Positions 9,739 to 18,787 of a DNA stretch of 29,210 bases are shown here, in pieces. Made by a program: the position numbers and the translations under genes. Every line of letters begins with the position of its first letter. Within the stretch, counting starts at the first letter, position 1. Below the pieces are notes generated by a model, which did no database searches, was not told where the DNA came from, and was given only the letters and a program-made list of their open reading frames with translations. This stretch comes from Candidatus Bathyarchaeia archaeon (GTDB lineage: Archaea; Thermoproteota; Bathyarchaeia; Bathyarchaeales; Bathycorpusculaceae), in NCBI GenBank assembly GCA_037481775.1, contig JBBFKZ010000019.1, forward strand, positions 1-29,210, given 5' to 3'.

Positions 9739-10638
9739 GTGAAATTCGGCACATACGTATTTGAACCAAAAAAAGCTGAAGGCTTTGACTTCCATTTGTT
9801 TCGTGTGAAACCAGAAGTTGGCAGACGGCTACCGCCTGTGCCAGACATGTACAGTAACGTAGCAATTTTCGGAGACAACGTTACAGCACGAAATCATCCG
9901 GACTGGATTTCCCAGTCGCCACTTGGACCCGCTTGGAGAACAAATGACCAATTTAACCTACGCTGGGACGTTCTCTGCGCTACGCAACCGGAGCATAGGG
10001 CGGAACAGCTTGATTACATTGAAGATGTTTCGAAACGCTCGCCAGGAGTTTGGCTGAACAGCATACACTTTGCAGATCATGGACACTGCACTTGCCCACG
10101 CTGCAACGAACTATGGAAGAAGAGCGGGCTCAGCTGGTTTGAGTGGCGCAAAAAGGAAGTGACAGACTACATTGCCCAAATCAGGGAACGCGTAAAAAAC
10201 GAGTTAGTAATAGGCTTGCTTCCTGACCCCGTGAACTCTTACGAGCGATTCGGCATTGATTTCGATGCACTTGCACCGTACGCTGACGCGTTCAATGTTG
10301 TCATGTTCTCAAAGAACTATGCAACTCCATGGTACTGGGAGATGCTTTGCAGAGCGTTCAAGAAGCTGCTTAAGAAGCCTGTTTACGTTAGCTTTTACGT
10401 ATTCGGTCCAGGCGACGATCCGCGAGAGGTGCCTTCGCCAAGCGAGTTGATAACGCTTTCAGTTCGTGCAGGAAGAACAGGCATTGACGGCATATTGTAT
10501 CTTGCAGACAAAGCGAGCCAAATCTATGATTTCCAGAAGGCAGTAGTCGACAAGGTTGAGCTGAGGCAGAGACTGCGCACTTACGGATGCCCAGAAGTGC
10601 TGGACTTCTTCGCCAGCTGGGAAAAAATCATAGGTTAA
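9739..10638 (+). CDS. Hypothetical protein with a glycoside-hydrolase-like TIM-barrel pattern and CxCxxC motif
   Basis: HPDW, LCATQPEHR, GVWLNSIHF, HCTCPRC and GIDFDALAPYADAFNVVMF resemble GHL/DUF187-like proteins. Confidence 0.6.
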   Translation: MKFGTYVFEPKKAEGFDFHLFRVKPEVGRRLPPVPDMYSNVAIFGDNVTARNHPDWISQSPLGPAWRTNDQFNLRWDVLCATQPEHRAEQLDYIEDVSKRSPGVWLNSIHFADHGHCTCPRCNELWKKSGLSWFEWRKKEVTDYIAQIRERVKNELVIGLLPDPVNSYERFGIDFDALAPYADAFNVVMFSKNYATPWYWEMLCRAFKKLLKKPVYVSFYVFGPGDDPREVPSPSELITLSVRAGRTGIDGILYLADKASQIYDFQKAVVDKVELRQRLRTYGCPEVLDFFASWEKIIG

Positions 10639-10894
10639 GCCTTCAAGAGAAGCCCATACATAGACGGCGCAAAATCAAAGTGGTTGAAACAAATCACCAC
10701 GTACCCTTTTATTTTGTTTAAAAGTTCGGCTATTTGTCTATCTTTAATCGGAAGTGGCTTTTGATATAATACACTTGTTTTTACAAGTCAAAACGGTGAA
10801 TTTGCGGCTTAGTGACATCATAAAAGGTTGGCGTGCAAAACAAAAAATAGATAAATATCAGAAACATCTGTCATAGCACCAGGAGAAAAATCGC

Positions 10895-11317
10895 ATGACA
10901 AATAAACTCTTAGTGAAGGATTTAATGTCTACAAACGTTAATGTTTTCCGAAACGAGTCGGCAGTGCTGGAAGTTGTGAAGGCGATGGCTAGCTGCGATG
11001 TTGACTACGTGATTGTGGAGCAGAGCGGGCAGCCAACTGGGATCATAACGGAACATGATATTATAGTGCGTATGCTAACTCAAGGGCTAGATCCAAAAGT
11101 AGTTATCGCGAGAGCTATATACACTAATCCGCTGGTGACGATTGAAGAGACTGCAACGGTGGAAGAAGCTGCCAAGCTGATGAAGGAATGGAAGATTAAG
11201 CATTTGCCAGTGACCAGAAACGGCAAAATCGCGGGCATGCTCACTTATCTTGACATAGCTTTTAATGTTCCAGAACTGTTGCCTGCAATGAAACAGCTGT
11301 ATCGCCCTTCTAAATAG
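10895..11317 (+). CDS. CBS-pair domain protein
   Basis: VKDLMS, GIITEHDI, IKHLPV and GMLTYLDI motifs; AGGAG RBS. Confidence 0.92.
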   Translation: MTNKLLVKDLMSTNVNVFRNESAVLEVVKAMASCDVDYVIVEQSGQPTGIITEHDIIVRMLTQGLDPKVVIARAIYTNPLVTIEETATVEEAAKLMKEWKIKHLPVTRNGKIAGMLTYLDIAFNVPELLPAMKQLYRPSK

Positions 11318-11533
11318 ATAGAACACATTAAACAGCGCGTCGCTTTCCAGCAAACCTGCTTTTTTTTAAGTATAATATCTTGCGAAAAAAAGCTCATGAG
11401 ACTTGACTAATGTACAAATTTCTCAGCCTACTTACATTGGAAACAAGGGGTTGCGGCGTCTTCAGGGGCAGTAGGGAAAAATTGAAAAGCAGCTTTGGAA
11501 TCATTAAGAGAGATAACAATGAGGGCTTGAGCT

Positions 11534-11965
11534 TTGGATGAAGTTTTAGAGATGCTGGACAAAACTGCCAAAAGAATTCAAAAGACGCTTGATGAAGCCA
11601 GGGAAGCAGCGCAGAAATACGCAGCGTCTTATGAGGCGCTGCTTAAAACGGAAGGAGCGACTGAAGAGCAGAGGATAAAGGCTTTTATGAGGAAGACGCT
11701 TGAGCTGGATCGCTTGGAGCGCTTGTCCTCTCAGTTGAGCCTGCTTTATGTGCTTCAGATATTTGCTTTCAAGGCAAAAGTGCTTCAGATAGCCGTTGAC
11801 AACATTAATAATCAGCTTGTGCAGTCAGGGGTTCTTCAGAAAACTGCTGAGCTGGAAGATGTAAAGAAGAAGATTGACGCGTTAAAGATTCTTTTGGAAG
11901 CGCAGTACGAGGCGTTAAAGGAAATCAGGGAGAACCAGAACAAAAACTTAACCTACATTCACTGA
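11534..11965 (+). CDS. Hypothetical alpha-helical/coiled-coil protein
   Basis: 143-aa heptad-rich ORF with protein-like composition. Confidence 0.75.
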   Translation: MDEVLEMLDKTAKRIQKTLDEAREAAQKYAASYEALLKTEGATEEQRIKAFMRKTLELDRLERLSSQLSLLYVLQIFAFKAKVLQIAVDNINNQLVQSGVLQKTAELEDVKKKIDALKILLEAQYEALKEIRENQNKNLTYIH

Positions 11966-11975
11966 AGCCCCATTT

Positions 11976-12436
11976 TTATGGGAAATCATCCCACAGAGGG
12001 GTAATTGTGTAGTTGCCTATCCAGTTGGAAGTGGTGATTATTCTGCTTACCTGTACCACTTGCCATCTTTCTAGGTTTCCAAGAGGGATGGTCAGTTAAA
12101 GGCTGAGAGTTCATTCTTGTAATAGGCGGTTATGTCTAGCCGCGCATTGTACGCAGTTCTGTATCCAACATTGAAAACTATTCCTTCAAATGTGAAGTGG
12201 GGATGTGGATAAGTGACATTTCGCGGCTCTACGGAAACTCAGCGAAGTGACCAAGTAGGGTTTCTGTTGGGCGTCCAGTTGGTTTTGAAGTTCATTATTT
12301 AACCTGTTTAACTCTTCTATACTTGAGTTTTTTGAAGCGACTCAAAATAAAGCTTCAATGAGCAAACAACACAGGAAACGGTGGCCAATAGAAGAAGCAA
12401 AAGAACAGCAAAAGTCCTCTTGCTGGTTTTATCCAT
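11976..12436 (-). pseudogene. Degraded membrane-anchored/secreted protein (TM, coiled coil, beta-sandwich)
   Basis: Stitched across one stop and two frameshifts: MDKTSKRTFAVLLLLLLATVSCVVCSLKLLF*VASKNSSIEELNRLNNELQNQLDAQQKPYLVTSL / VSVEPRNVTYPHPHFTFEGIVFNVGYRTAYNARLDITAYYKNELSAFN / LTIPLGNLERWQVVQVSRIITTSNWIGNYTITPLWDDFP*. Confidence 0.7.
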
Positions 12437-12781
12437 TCCTAATCACTCGATTCTATTTAATGCACTAACAGACTTAATACTCTCTCCGAGGAACGAACTG
12501 TTCTTCCAAGGGAACAAAGAACCGATTATCATAAGCAACCATTTGGAAAAGCAAAAGCCACACAGTGTTCAATAGGATGCCACGCATGGTTCAGCCGTGT
12601 CAGGTCTTGGTGCAGTTATAGCTCGGCGCAGCCCATAGCGCCGTATAGCCTCTTTGGTTCTGAAGGAGACTGCCGTGATAGCCCCTCTATAGGTTTCCTG
12701 CAATGAATTGCTAATAGCCGCCAAATATGAAGGCGCTATTCTGTGTCGACTCGGTTGGGTTTGGTGGCGTCTTAGTTTCTG

Positions 12782-12865
12782 TCAAGGGTTTTTCCTTTGG
12801 ATCATGTGCGGGTTGCGGTGTCCTAGACTTCTGCTGACTAGCGCTAGGTCTTTAGTTGCATGATA
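12782..12865 (-). pseudogene. Tyrosine recombinase/integrase box II fragment
   Basis: YHATKDLALVSRSLGHRNPHMIQRKNP* contains the D..V...LGH box II motif but lacks the catalytic Tyr. It begins about 22 nt downstream of the tRNA-Ala CCA. Confidence 0.65.
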
Positions 12866-12887
12866 GGAGGGTGCAAGGCGTTGGTAC

Positions 12888-12964
12888 TGGTGGACCGGTG
12901 GGGATTTGAACCCCAGACCTCCTGAGTGCAAGTCAGGCGTTCATACCAACTGAACTACCGGCCC
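12888..12964 (-). tRNA. tRNA-Ala(TGC), CCA encoded
   Basis: Acceptor GGGCCGG/CCGGTCC with G3:U70; anticodon arm CCTGA-CTTGCAC-TCAGG; T loop TTCAAAT. Confidence 0.97.
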
Positions 12965-13101
12965 GCATGGCATTTTCTCGAATTCTTTAACAGTTCCTTG
13001 TTATTTATGTTTTGTCTGGGAAATAGCAGGCTTAATCAAAAATTCCAAAAAAATGGGAAAGATATGAGAATAAATAGAATTAACTGTTAAGCGTTAAAAG
13101 C

Positions 13102-13242
13102 TTAATATCGTCTTTTTGGCGGTCGTTTCTTTGACCAGCACTCTCGGCAGTAAACTGGCCTGTTCGGGTCAGGTTTGAATGGAACTTCACATTCCTGGCC
13201 GCATTCAGAGCAGACTGCCTTGTGCATCTCTCTATCGGACAT
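13102..13242 (-). CDS. CxxC-x17-CxxC domain small zinc-binding protein (46 aa)
   Basis: Below the ORF-track cutoff: MSDREMHKAVCSECGQECEVPFKPDPNRPVYCRECWSKKRPPKRRY. AAGGAG RBS and upstream TTTTATAT box. Confidence 0.92.
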   Translation of the reverse strand: MSDREMHKAVCSECGQECEVPFKPDPNRPVYCRECWSKKRPPKRRY

Positions 13243-13480
13243 TAACTACTTCAACTCCTTATTGATTAACGCGCAAAAATTGCTTCTTGCACGATGAACT
13301 TATGCACTACATGGAATCATATAAAACTTGTCATCGAAAACAGCAGTTACAGCAATTAAAAAGTATGTATAAGAAATGTAAAAACTATGGAAGACATTAC
13401 TACTTAGGCGGACTAGGCATTTAAACAGAAAATGCTATACCTCGAAAGCGAGAATAAGTTGTTTTGGAGAGGAAAAAGGG

Positions 13481-13966
13481 ATGATCGAGTTTAAAGTAGT
13501 TAAAATTACGCCGCCAAAAGACTGCAATGTAATTTTGGGCATGGCGCACTTCATAAAAACTGTTGAGGATCTATACGAGGCGTTAGTTAATTCTGTACCC
13601 AACATTAAATTTGGCATAGGCTTCTGCGAAAGCTCAGGCCCATGTCTAGTGCGGCACGAAGGAAACGATGAAGAACTGCGGCGGCTAGCAGCAGAAAAAG
13701 CCTTTGAAATTGCATGCGGCCACAGCTTTGTGATATACCTTAGAAACGCTTATCCAATAAACGTTTTAGACAAAATCAGAAAAGTGCCGGAGGTATGCAC
13801 AATTTTCGCTGCATCCGCGAATCCCTTGGAAGTGATAATAGCGGAGACAGCGCAGGGTAGAGGAGTAATAGGCGTAATTGACGGGTTAAAGAGCCAAGGC
13901 ATAGAAACAGACGCGAACATTAAGGAAAGAAAAGAGTTCCTAAGAAAAATAGGCTACAAACTATGA
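13481..13966 (+). CDS. DUF355 / adenosine-specific kinase family protein
   Basis: [49 protein letters not shown] and RKIGYKL motifs. Confidence 0.9.
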   Translation: MIEFKVVKITPPKDCNVILGMAHFIKTVEDLYEALVNSVPNIKFGIGFCESSGPCLVRHEGNDEELRRLAAEKAFEIACGHSFVIYLRNAYPINVLDKIRKVPEVCTIFAASANPLEVIIAETAQGRGVIGVIDGLKSQGIETDANIKERKEFLRKIGYKL

Positions 13967-14066
13967 CGGCGCCACGGGGAAAAATAGGAGGAGGCAAGGT
14001 GAAGTTAGCGCTGACTTCCAAGCCCTGCAAAGCAGCGTGTGGTGAAAAGGTAATTCGGTTTTGGTT

Positions 14067-14285
14067 TCATCTTTGAATTGTTAATTCCGCTGGGACTTCA
14101 AGCTCGATTTTCTCTTTCATTTTCTCTGCGGCATACGCGACAAGTTGATTAAATTGCTTGTCTGGGAGGACATCACGTGCTCTGGACAAAACTTCAAGGC
14201 ACAAATCTTTAAAAACGAGGTCGGCGCAACCTACTTTTGCGTCATCAATTAATTCCTTGCAAGCTTTGAGGATTTGTTCGCTCAT
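14067..14285 (-). CDS. Small hypothetical protein (72 aa, helical)
   Basis: ATG preceded by an AGGTGA RBS and TTTTAA/TTTAAA boxes; protein-like composition. Confidence 0.75.
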   Translation of the reverse strand: MSEQILKACKELIDDAKVGCADLVFKDLCLEVLSRARDVLPDKQFNQLVAYAAEKMKEKIELEVPAELTIQR

Positions 14286-14521
14286 GCAACTTCACCTTGC
14301 AAGCTAATAGTTCACTTTAAAACATTAAAACACTTATGAATTCACAATACTTATCAAGAATAAGCCTTTTTCTGCATCAGCAAACCCTTGAAATCGCCAT
14401 AAATCTGAAGCCAAGAATGACCTAATGTAACTTTTGAACTTCATCTGCAGCGTCAACATTGTTCATACCACAAACTATTTAGTGTCCCTTACGCAAGTTT
14501 CAAAATGCAAAGGTGGCTTTT

Positions 14522-15394
14522 ATGAGCTCAACAGAAAATTCAAACCCGGCAGAAACATTTAGGAACCAAATGCTGGAACAACAGGAGCTTCTAAGGTACA
14601 GAATGAAGCAGATCAAACATAAAATCGCCGTGATAAGTGGAAAAGGCGGAGTGGGCAAAAGCACCATAACCGTGAATCTTGCTGCAGCATTCGCCATGTA
14701 CGGAAAACAAGTGGGCATATTAGACGCCGACTTGCATGGCCCCAGCGTGCCGAGGCTATTAGGCCTAAGAGGACAGCAGGTTAAAATTGGGCCACCCGGA
14801 GCATTCCCAGTGAAAGGCCCGTTAGGAATGAAGGTTATTTCAATCGACTTCTTTTTGTCCGAAGAGCGAACGCCAACTATTTGGCGTGGCCCGCTAAAGA
14901 TGACGGCGATACGACAGTTACTGTCAGATATTGCATGGGGAGAATTAGATGTTCTCTTCATAGATTTGCCGCCTGGAACCGGCGATGAGCCGCTAAGCAT
15001 TGCCCAACTTCTGCCGGACATTGACGGCGTCATAATTGTGACCATGCCTTCGGAGCTTTCGCGGGCTGTCGTTAATAAGGCAATCACTTTTGCGCGTCGG
15101 CTAGCATTGCCGATAATAGGCATAGTGGAAAACATGAGCGGCTTCGTCTGCCCAAAATGCGGCGAAAAAATAGACATATTCCAGTCGGGCGGCGGAAAGA
15201 AAATGTCTGAAGAGACAGGCGTCTCGTTTCTCGGCAGCATCCCCTTAGACCCAAAGGTGAGCATGGACTCTGATAAAGGCGCGTTATTCATAGTTGAGCA
15301 TGCAGAGTCGCCAGTAGCCAAAGCCTTCATCAAAATTGTCAAAAAAGTTGAAGCCTACCTTGAAGAAGAAAGAGAGCCCAAAACATCAGAGTGA
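14522..15394 (+). CDS. mrp: Mrp/NBP35 (ApbC) Fe-S cluster carrier ATPase
   Basis: SGKGGVGKST, DADLHGPS, IWRGP, DLPPGTGD and ENMSGFVCPKCG motifs; ATG 14522 follows AGGTGG. Confidence 0.95.
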   Translation: MSSTENSNPAETFRNQMLEQQELLRYRMKQIKHKIAVISGKGGVGKSTITVNLAAAFAMYGKQVGILDADLHGPSVPRLLGLRGQQVKIGPPGAFPVKGPLGMKVISIDFFLSEERTPTIWRGPLKMTAIRQLLSDIAWGELDVLFIDLPPGTGDEPLSIAQLLPDIDGVIIVTMPSELSRAVVNKAITFARRLALPIIGIVENMSGFVCPKCGEKIDIFQSGGGKKMSEETGVSFLGSIPLDPKVSMDSDKGALFIVEHAESPVAKAFIKIVKKVEAYLEEEREPKTSE

Positions 15395-15504
15395 AATGAA
15401 AATAGTGCGTCTAGGCAAGCAACCAAGATTTCTGCTGAAGGTAAATTATAAAAAATAAAGAAAGTGGAGAGGTCAAATCAGCACTCTTCACTGCACAGCA
15501 ATGC

Positions 15505-15792
15505 TCACTCTTTTGTGAGGGTTATTTCCATCGTTGAGACCATGCGGCTTTTGTTTTCGCCTTCTCTCGGCGGCATCTCAGCAGTGCCGATGGTTATGTT
15601 GCTAACCTTCAAATCCTTCATGAAGCGGTTCCTAGCTATCTCAGCCACGTCAACAGCCGTCGTAATCGCCTGCCCACGAGCCTTCAACGTTATCTGCTTA
15701 GCATTGCCGGAAGAGAAAGCCGTTATGATAGCCAGCACATAACTCATCGGAGGCTTATTCCCAACGAAGATAACATCAGATTTTTCTGCCAT
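15505..15792 (-). CDS. albA: DNA/RNA-binding protein Alba
   Basis: IFVGNKPPMSYVLA, LKARGQAITTAVDVAE and VSTMEITL motifs. Confidence 0.97.
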   Translation of the reverse strand: MAEKSDVIFVGNKPPMSYVLAIITAFSSGNAKQITLKARGQAITTAVDVAEIARNRFMKDLKVSNITIGTAEMPPREGENKSRMVSTMEITLTKE

Positions 15793-15898
15793 TTTCCATC
15801 ACTCCTTTCTATTGTTGCTTTTTTGGTGTTGCATCTGTAACGTTCTACATCGTCTCTCCTTAGACATGGAACGTCACTGGTCATATATTACAAACTTG

Positions 15899-15907
15899 CT
15901 TATAAAC
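15899..15907 (-). promoter_or_regulatory. TATA box of albA
   Basis: Minus-strand TTTATAA about 110 nt upstream of the ATG, implying a leader of about 85 nt. Confidence 0.55.
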
Positions 15908-16176
15908 TCAATTCAATAATAGGCGATAGATTATGTTCAAAGAAAAAGGGGGCTTTGAAACTTGTTGGGTTATGGGAGACTTGTGTAGGGAACAAAATGG
16001 GTATAAAGAGGGTCTAAAGAAAGCAAATAAATTGAAAAGCCCCGTGGAAAGCTAGAAGACCCATAATTAGAGAAAAATTGACATTGGATATTGAAGAAAC
16101 CGATGGCCCACATCTCTTTCAGATACAGTTTTATACCTAATCATTAAAGGGAAAAGTGCTCTCTGGAGTGTTAAGC

Positions 16177-16944
16177 ATGTCCGTGTCGCCTAGTAGCCGC
16201 GAAGTGTTAGCGAGACGAATTGCTGGAGAAATAATCCTATCAAGCAAGCCCGGCGCAACCATGCGAAAGTGGCGCGAGCTTTTTGCAGTTTCCCAGATAA
16301 GCCTTTCAGAGAAAATGGAGCTTTCATCATCAGTCATAAGCGATTATGAGAGCGGCAGAAGAAAAAGCCCAGGCGCCAAGTTCATCAAACGATTTGTTAT
16401 GGCGCTTTTGCAGCTTGACGAGGAAAAGGGAAGCCGCTTCACCAGAGAATTCGCCAAACTGACAAGCTCACCAAGCATGGCCATCTTGGACTTGAGAGAA
16501 TTTCCAATTCCGGTTCGCGTGGAATATCTCTGCAAAGCCATTGATGGCGAAGTAGTGGCATGCGCCAACAAGTATACAAAAGAAGTTAACGGGTACACTG
16601 TGGTGGACAGCAAAAAGGCGGTTGAAGCTTTTTCCGGCTTAGAGTATGCGCAGCTATTCGGCGCGACAACTGAACGCGCCATAGTCTTCACTAACGTGGA
16701 TGTAGGATACTTGCCAATGATGATTGTCCGCGTTAGCAGCTTAAAGCCAAGAGTAGTAGTTTTCCACCGCACCAAACCAGACGACTACGCCATAAAGCTT
16801 GCTGAGTATGAGCAAATACCGCTCATCTACTCTGCAGCGCCAAACGTTGAGCAACTAGTAAAGGCTTTGCGGAAACTGTATCGGATAGCCTTGCGCATAA
16901 AACTTGGAAGACGCATCCGCCCGCCACCAAAAATAAGCACCTGA
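16177..16944 (+). CDS. Archaeal XRE-type HTH transcriptional regulator with C-terminal DRTGG-like domain (COG1709-like)
   Basis: RIAGEIILS..PGATMRKWRELF, SVISDYESGRRKSPG, GYTVVDS and ERAIVFTNV motifs. Confidence 0.88.
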   Translation: MSVSPSSREVLARRIAGEIILSSKPGATMRKWRELFAVSQISLSEKMELSSSVISDYESGRRKSPGAKFIKRFVMALLQLDEEKGSRFTREFAKLTSSPSMAILDLREFPIPVRVEYLCKAIDGEVVACANKYTKEVNGYTVVDSKKAVEAFSGLEYAQLFGATTERAIVFTNVDVGYLPMMIVRVSSLKPRVVVFHRTKPDDYAIKLAEYEQIPLIYSAAPNVEQLVKALRKLYRIALRIKLGRRIRPPPKIST

Positions 16945-17026
16945 ACGATGTATCCGCCAGAGACTGAAAGGAACAAAGCCCTTAAATGAAAAAATGGGAT
17001 GAAGTTCTTTACAGACAGAGATCAGC

Positions 17027-18655
17027 CTATTCCATAGGTGTTGGCGAATAACGTGCCAAATAGCCTTTTGTGATTCTAGGCTTTTTCGGCTTCCATGCCG
17101 CCAAGCGCTTCTTGATCTCCTGATCTGACAGCTCCAACTTTAGCATGCGATTAGGAATGTCAATGGTGATTTTGTCCCCGTCCTTAACGATAGCGATTGG
17201 TCCGCCTTCTGCTGCTTCCGGCGCAACATGCCCAATGCATGGTCCTCTTGTAGCGCCTGAAAATCTGCCGTCCGTCACTAAAGCTACTGATTCGCTTAAA
17301 CCCATTCCCGAAATCGTGGCTGTCGGCACAAGCATTTCTGGCATGCCAGGCCCGCCTTTAGGTCCCTCATAGCGGATGACTACGACATCGCCTGGTTGGA
17401 TCTCGCGTTTTTTCATTGCTTCCACGGCGTCTGCTTCTGAATCGAAAACTCTTGCTGGGCCAGTGTGCTTAAGCATCGTAGGTGAAACCGCCACTGTCTT
17501 TACCACAGCGCCTTTCGGAGCAAGGTTTCCGTATAAAATGGCGATTCCGCCGCCTTTGTGAACTGGGTTTGCCAAAGGCCGAATGACATTGTTGTTTAAG
17601 ACTTTGGCGTTTTGTATATTATCTTTGACTGCTTTGCCTGTTACGGTAAGCGCATTCAGGTGAAGCATGGGCGAAAGCTCCTTTAATAGTGCAGGTATGC
17701 CTCCAGCGTTGTGCAGTTCTTCCATATCGTAGGGTCCACTGGGCACCATATTGCACAGGTGCGGGACCTTTCGGCTTATTTCATCGAAGAGGCTCAGTGG
17801 TAGAGAGATGCCTGCTTCGCGTGCTATAGCGGAGAGATGCAGCACCGAATTTGTGGAGCCGCCTAGGGCCATGTCCACCGCGATAGCGTTCTCGAAAGCC
17901 TCTCGCGTCAGAATTTTTGATGGCAGCAGCTTTTTACGGGTAAGCTCGATAATTTTTTCTCCTGTTTCTTTAGCGATTCGGAGTTTCTGAGCGCTTGTAG
18001 CCAGCGCTGTTGCGCAATAAGGCAGCGACATGCCTAATGCCTCAGTTAGGCAAGCCATAGTGTTCGCGGTGAACATCCCGTTGCAGCTGCCGCAGCCTGG
18101 ACATGCCGCGGTTTCCAGCTCGGAGAGTTCTTCCAGCGTCATTTTTTCAGCTATGACTTTACCCATGCCTTCAAAAACAGTGTTTACGCCTACTTTTTCA
18201 CCCTTAAAAACGCCGGATTCCATTGCGCCGCCCGTCACAACGATCGCCGGGATATCCAACCGCGCCGCCGCCATGAGCATGCCAGGCGTGATTTTGTCGC
18301 AGTTCGTCACCAAAACCAGTGCGTCTAGGCGGTGCGCCTGCGCCATGGACTCAACTGAGTCAGCAATTAACTCGCGGCTTGGAAGGGAATACCGCATTCC
18401 CTCATGCCCCATAGCTATGCCGTCGCAAATTGCAATTGTGTTGAATTCGAAGGGTGTGCCGCCGGCGGCGATTACCCCCTCCTTGACGGCTTCAGCTATG
18501 CTTCTGAGGTGGATGTGACCGGGAACAATGTTTGTGTAACTGCTGGCGATTCCAACGAAGGGTTTCTCGATGTCCTTGTCCGTTAAGCCGAGAGCCTTTA
18601 GCAGTGAGCGATGCGGTGCACGCTCAATTCCTTTTTTTACTTCGTCACTTCTCAT
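17027..18655 (-). CDS. ilvD: Dihydroxy-acid dehydratase
   Basis: [53 protein letters not shown] and TDGRFSG motifs. Confidence 0.97.
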   Translation of the reverse strand: MRSDEVKKGIERAPHRSLLKALGLTDKDIEKPFVGIASSYTNIVPGHIHLRSIAEAVKEGVIAAGGTPFEFNTIAICDGIAMGHEGMRYSLPSRELIADSVESMAQAHRLDALVLVTNCDKITPGMLMAAARLDIPAIVVTGGAMESGVFKGEKVGVNTVFEGMGKVIAEKMTLEELSELETAACPGCGSCNGMFTANTMACLTEALGMSLPYCATALATSAQKLRIAKETGEKIIELTRKKLLPSKILTREAFENAIAVDMALGGSTNSVLHLSAIAREAGISLPLSLFDEISRKVPHLCNMVPSGPYDMEELHNAGGIPALLKELSPMLHLNALTVTGKAVKDNIQNAKVLNNNVIRPLANPVHKGGGIAILYGNLAPKGAVVKTVAVSPTMLKHTGPARVFDSEADAVEAMKKREIQPGDVVVIRYEGPKGGPGMPEMLVPTATISGMGLSESVALVTDGRFSGATRGPCIGHVAPEAAEGGPIAIVKDGDKITIDIPNRMLKLELSDQEIKKRLAAWKPKKPRITKGYLARYSPTPME

Positions 18656-18787
18656 GTCAACTCAACTTCGGCAAGTTTTACTGAAGTGCTATATGCAAAG
18701 CTGGATTTAAGTCATTACGCTACTTCTGTTAAGTAAGCGCGACGACTTTTGGGCTGCTCGCATGCTAACCGCTTACTTAGGCATGCC

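Noticed and set aside
11534-11965. C-terminal TYIH as a proteasome-activating HbYX motif
   Set aside because: Tyr is third from last, not penultimate.
14500-15342. 280-aa antisense ORF, and similar shadow ORFs over udp, pgk, gap, ilvD, HD and SPFH genes
   Set aside because: Antisense or alternate-frame shadows of well-supported genes, with no motifs.
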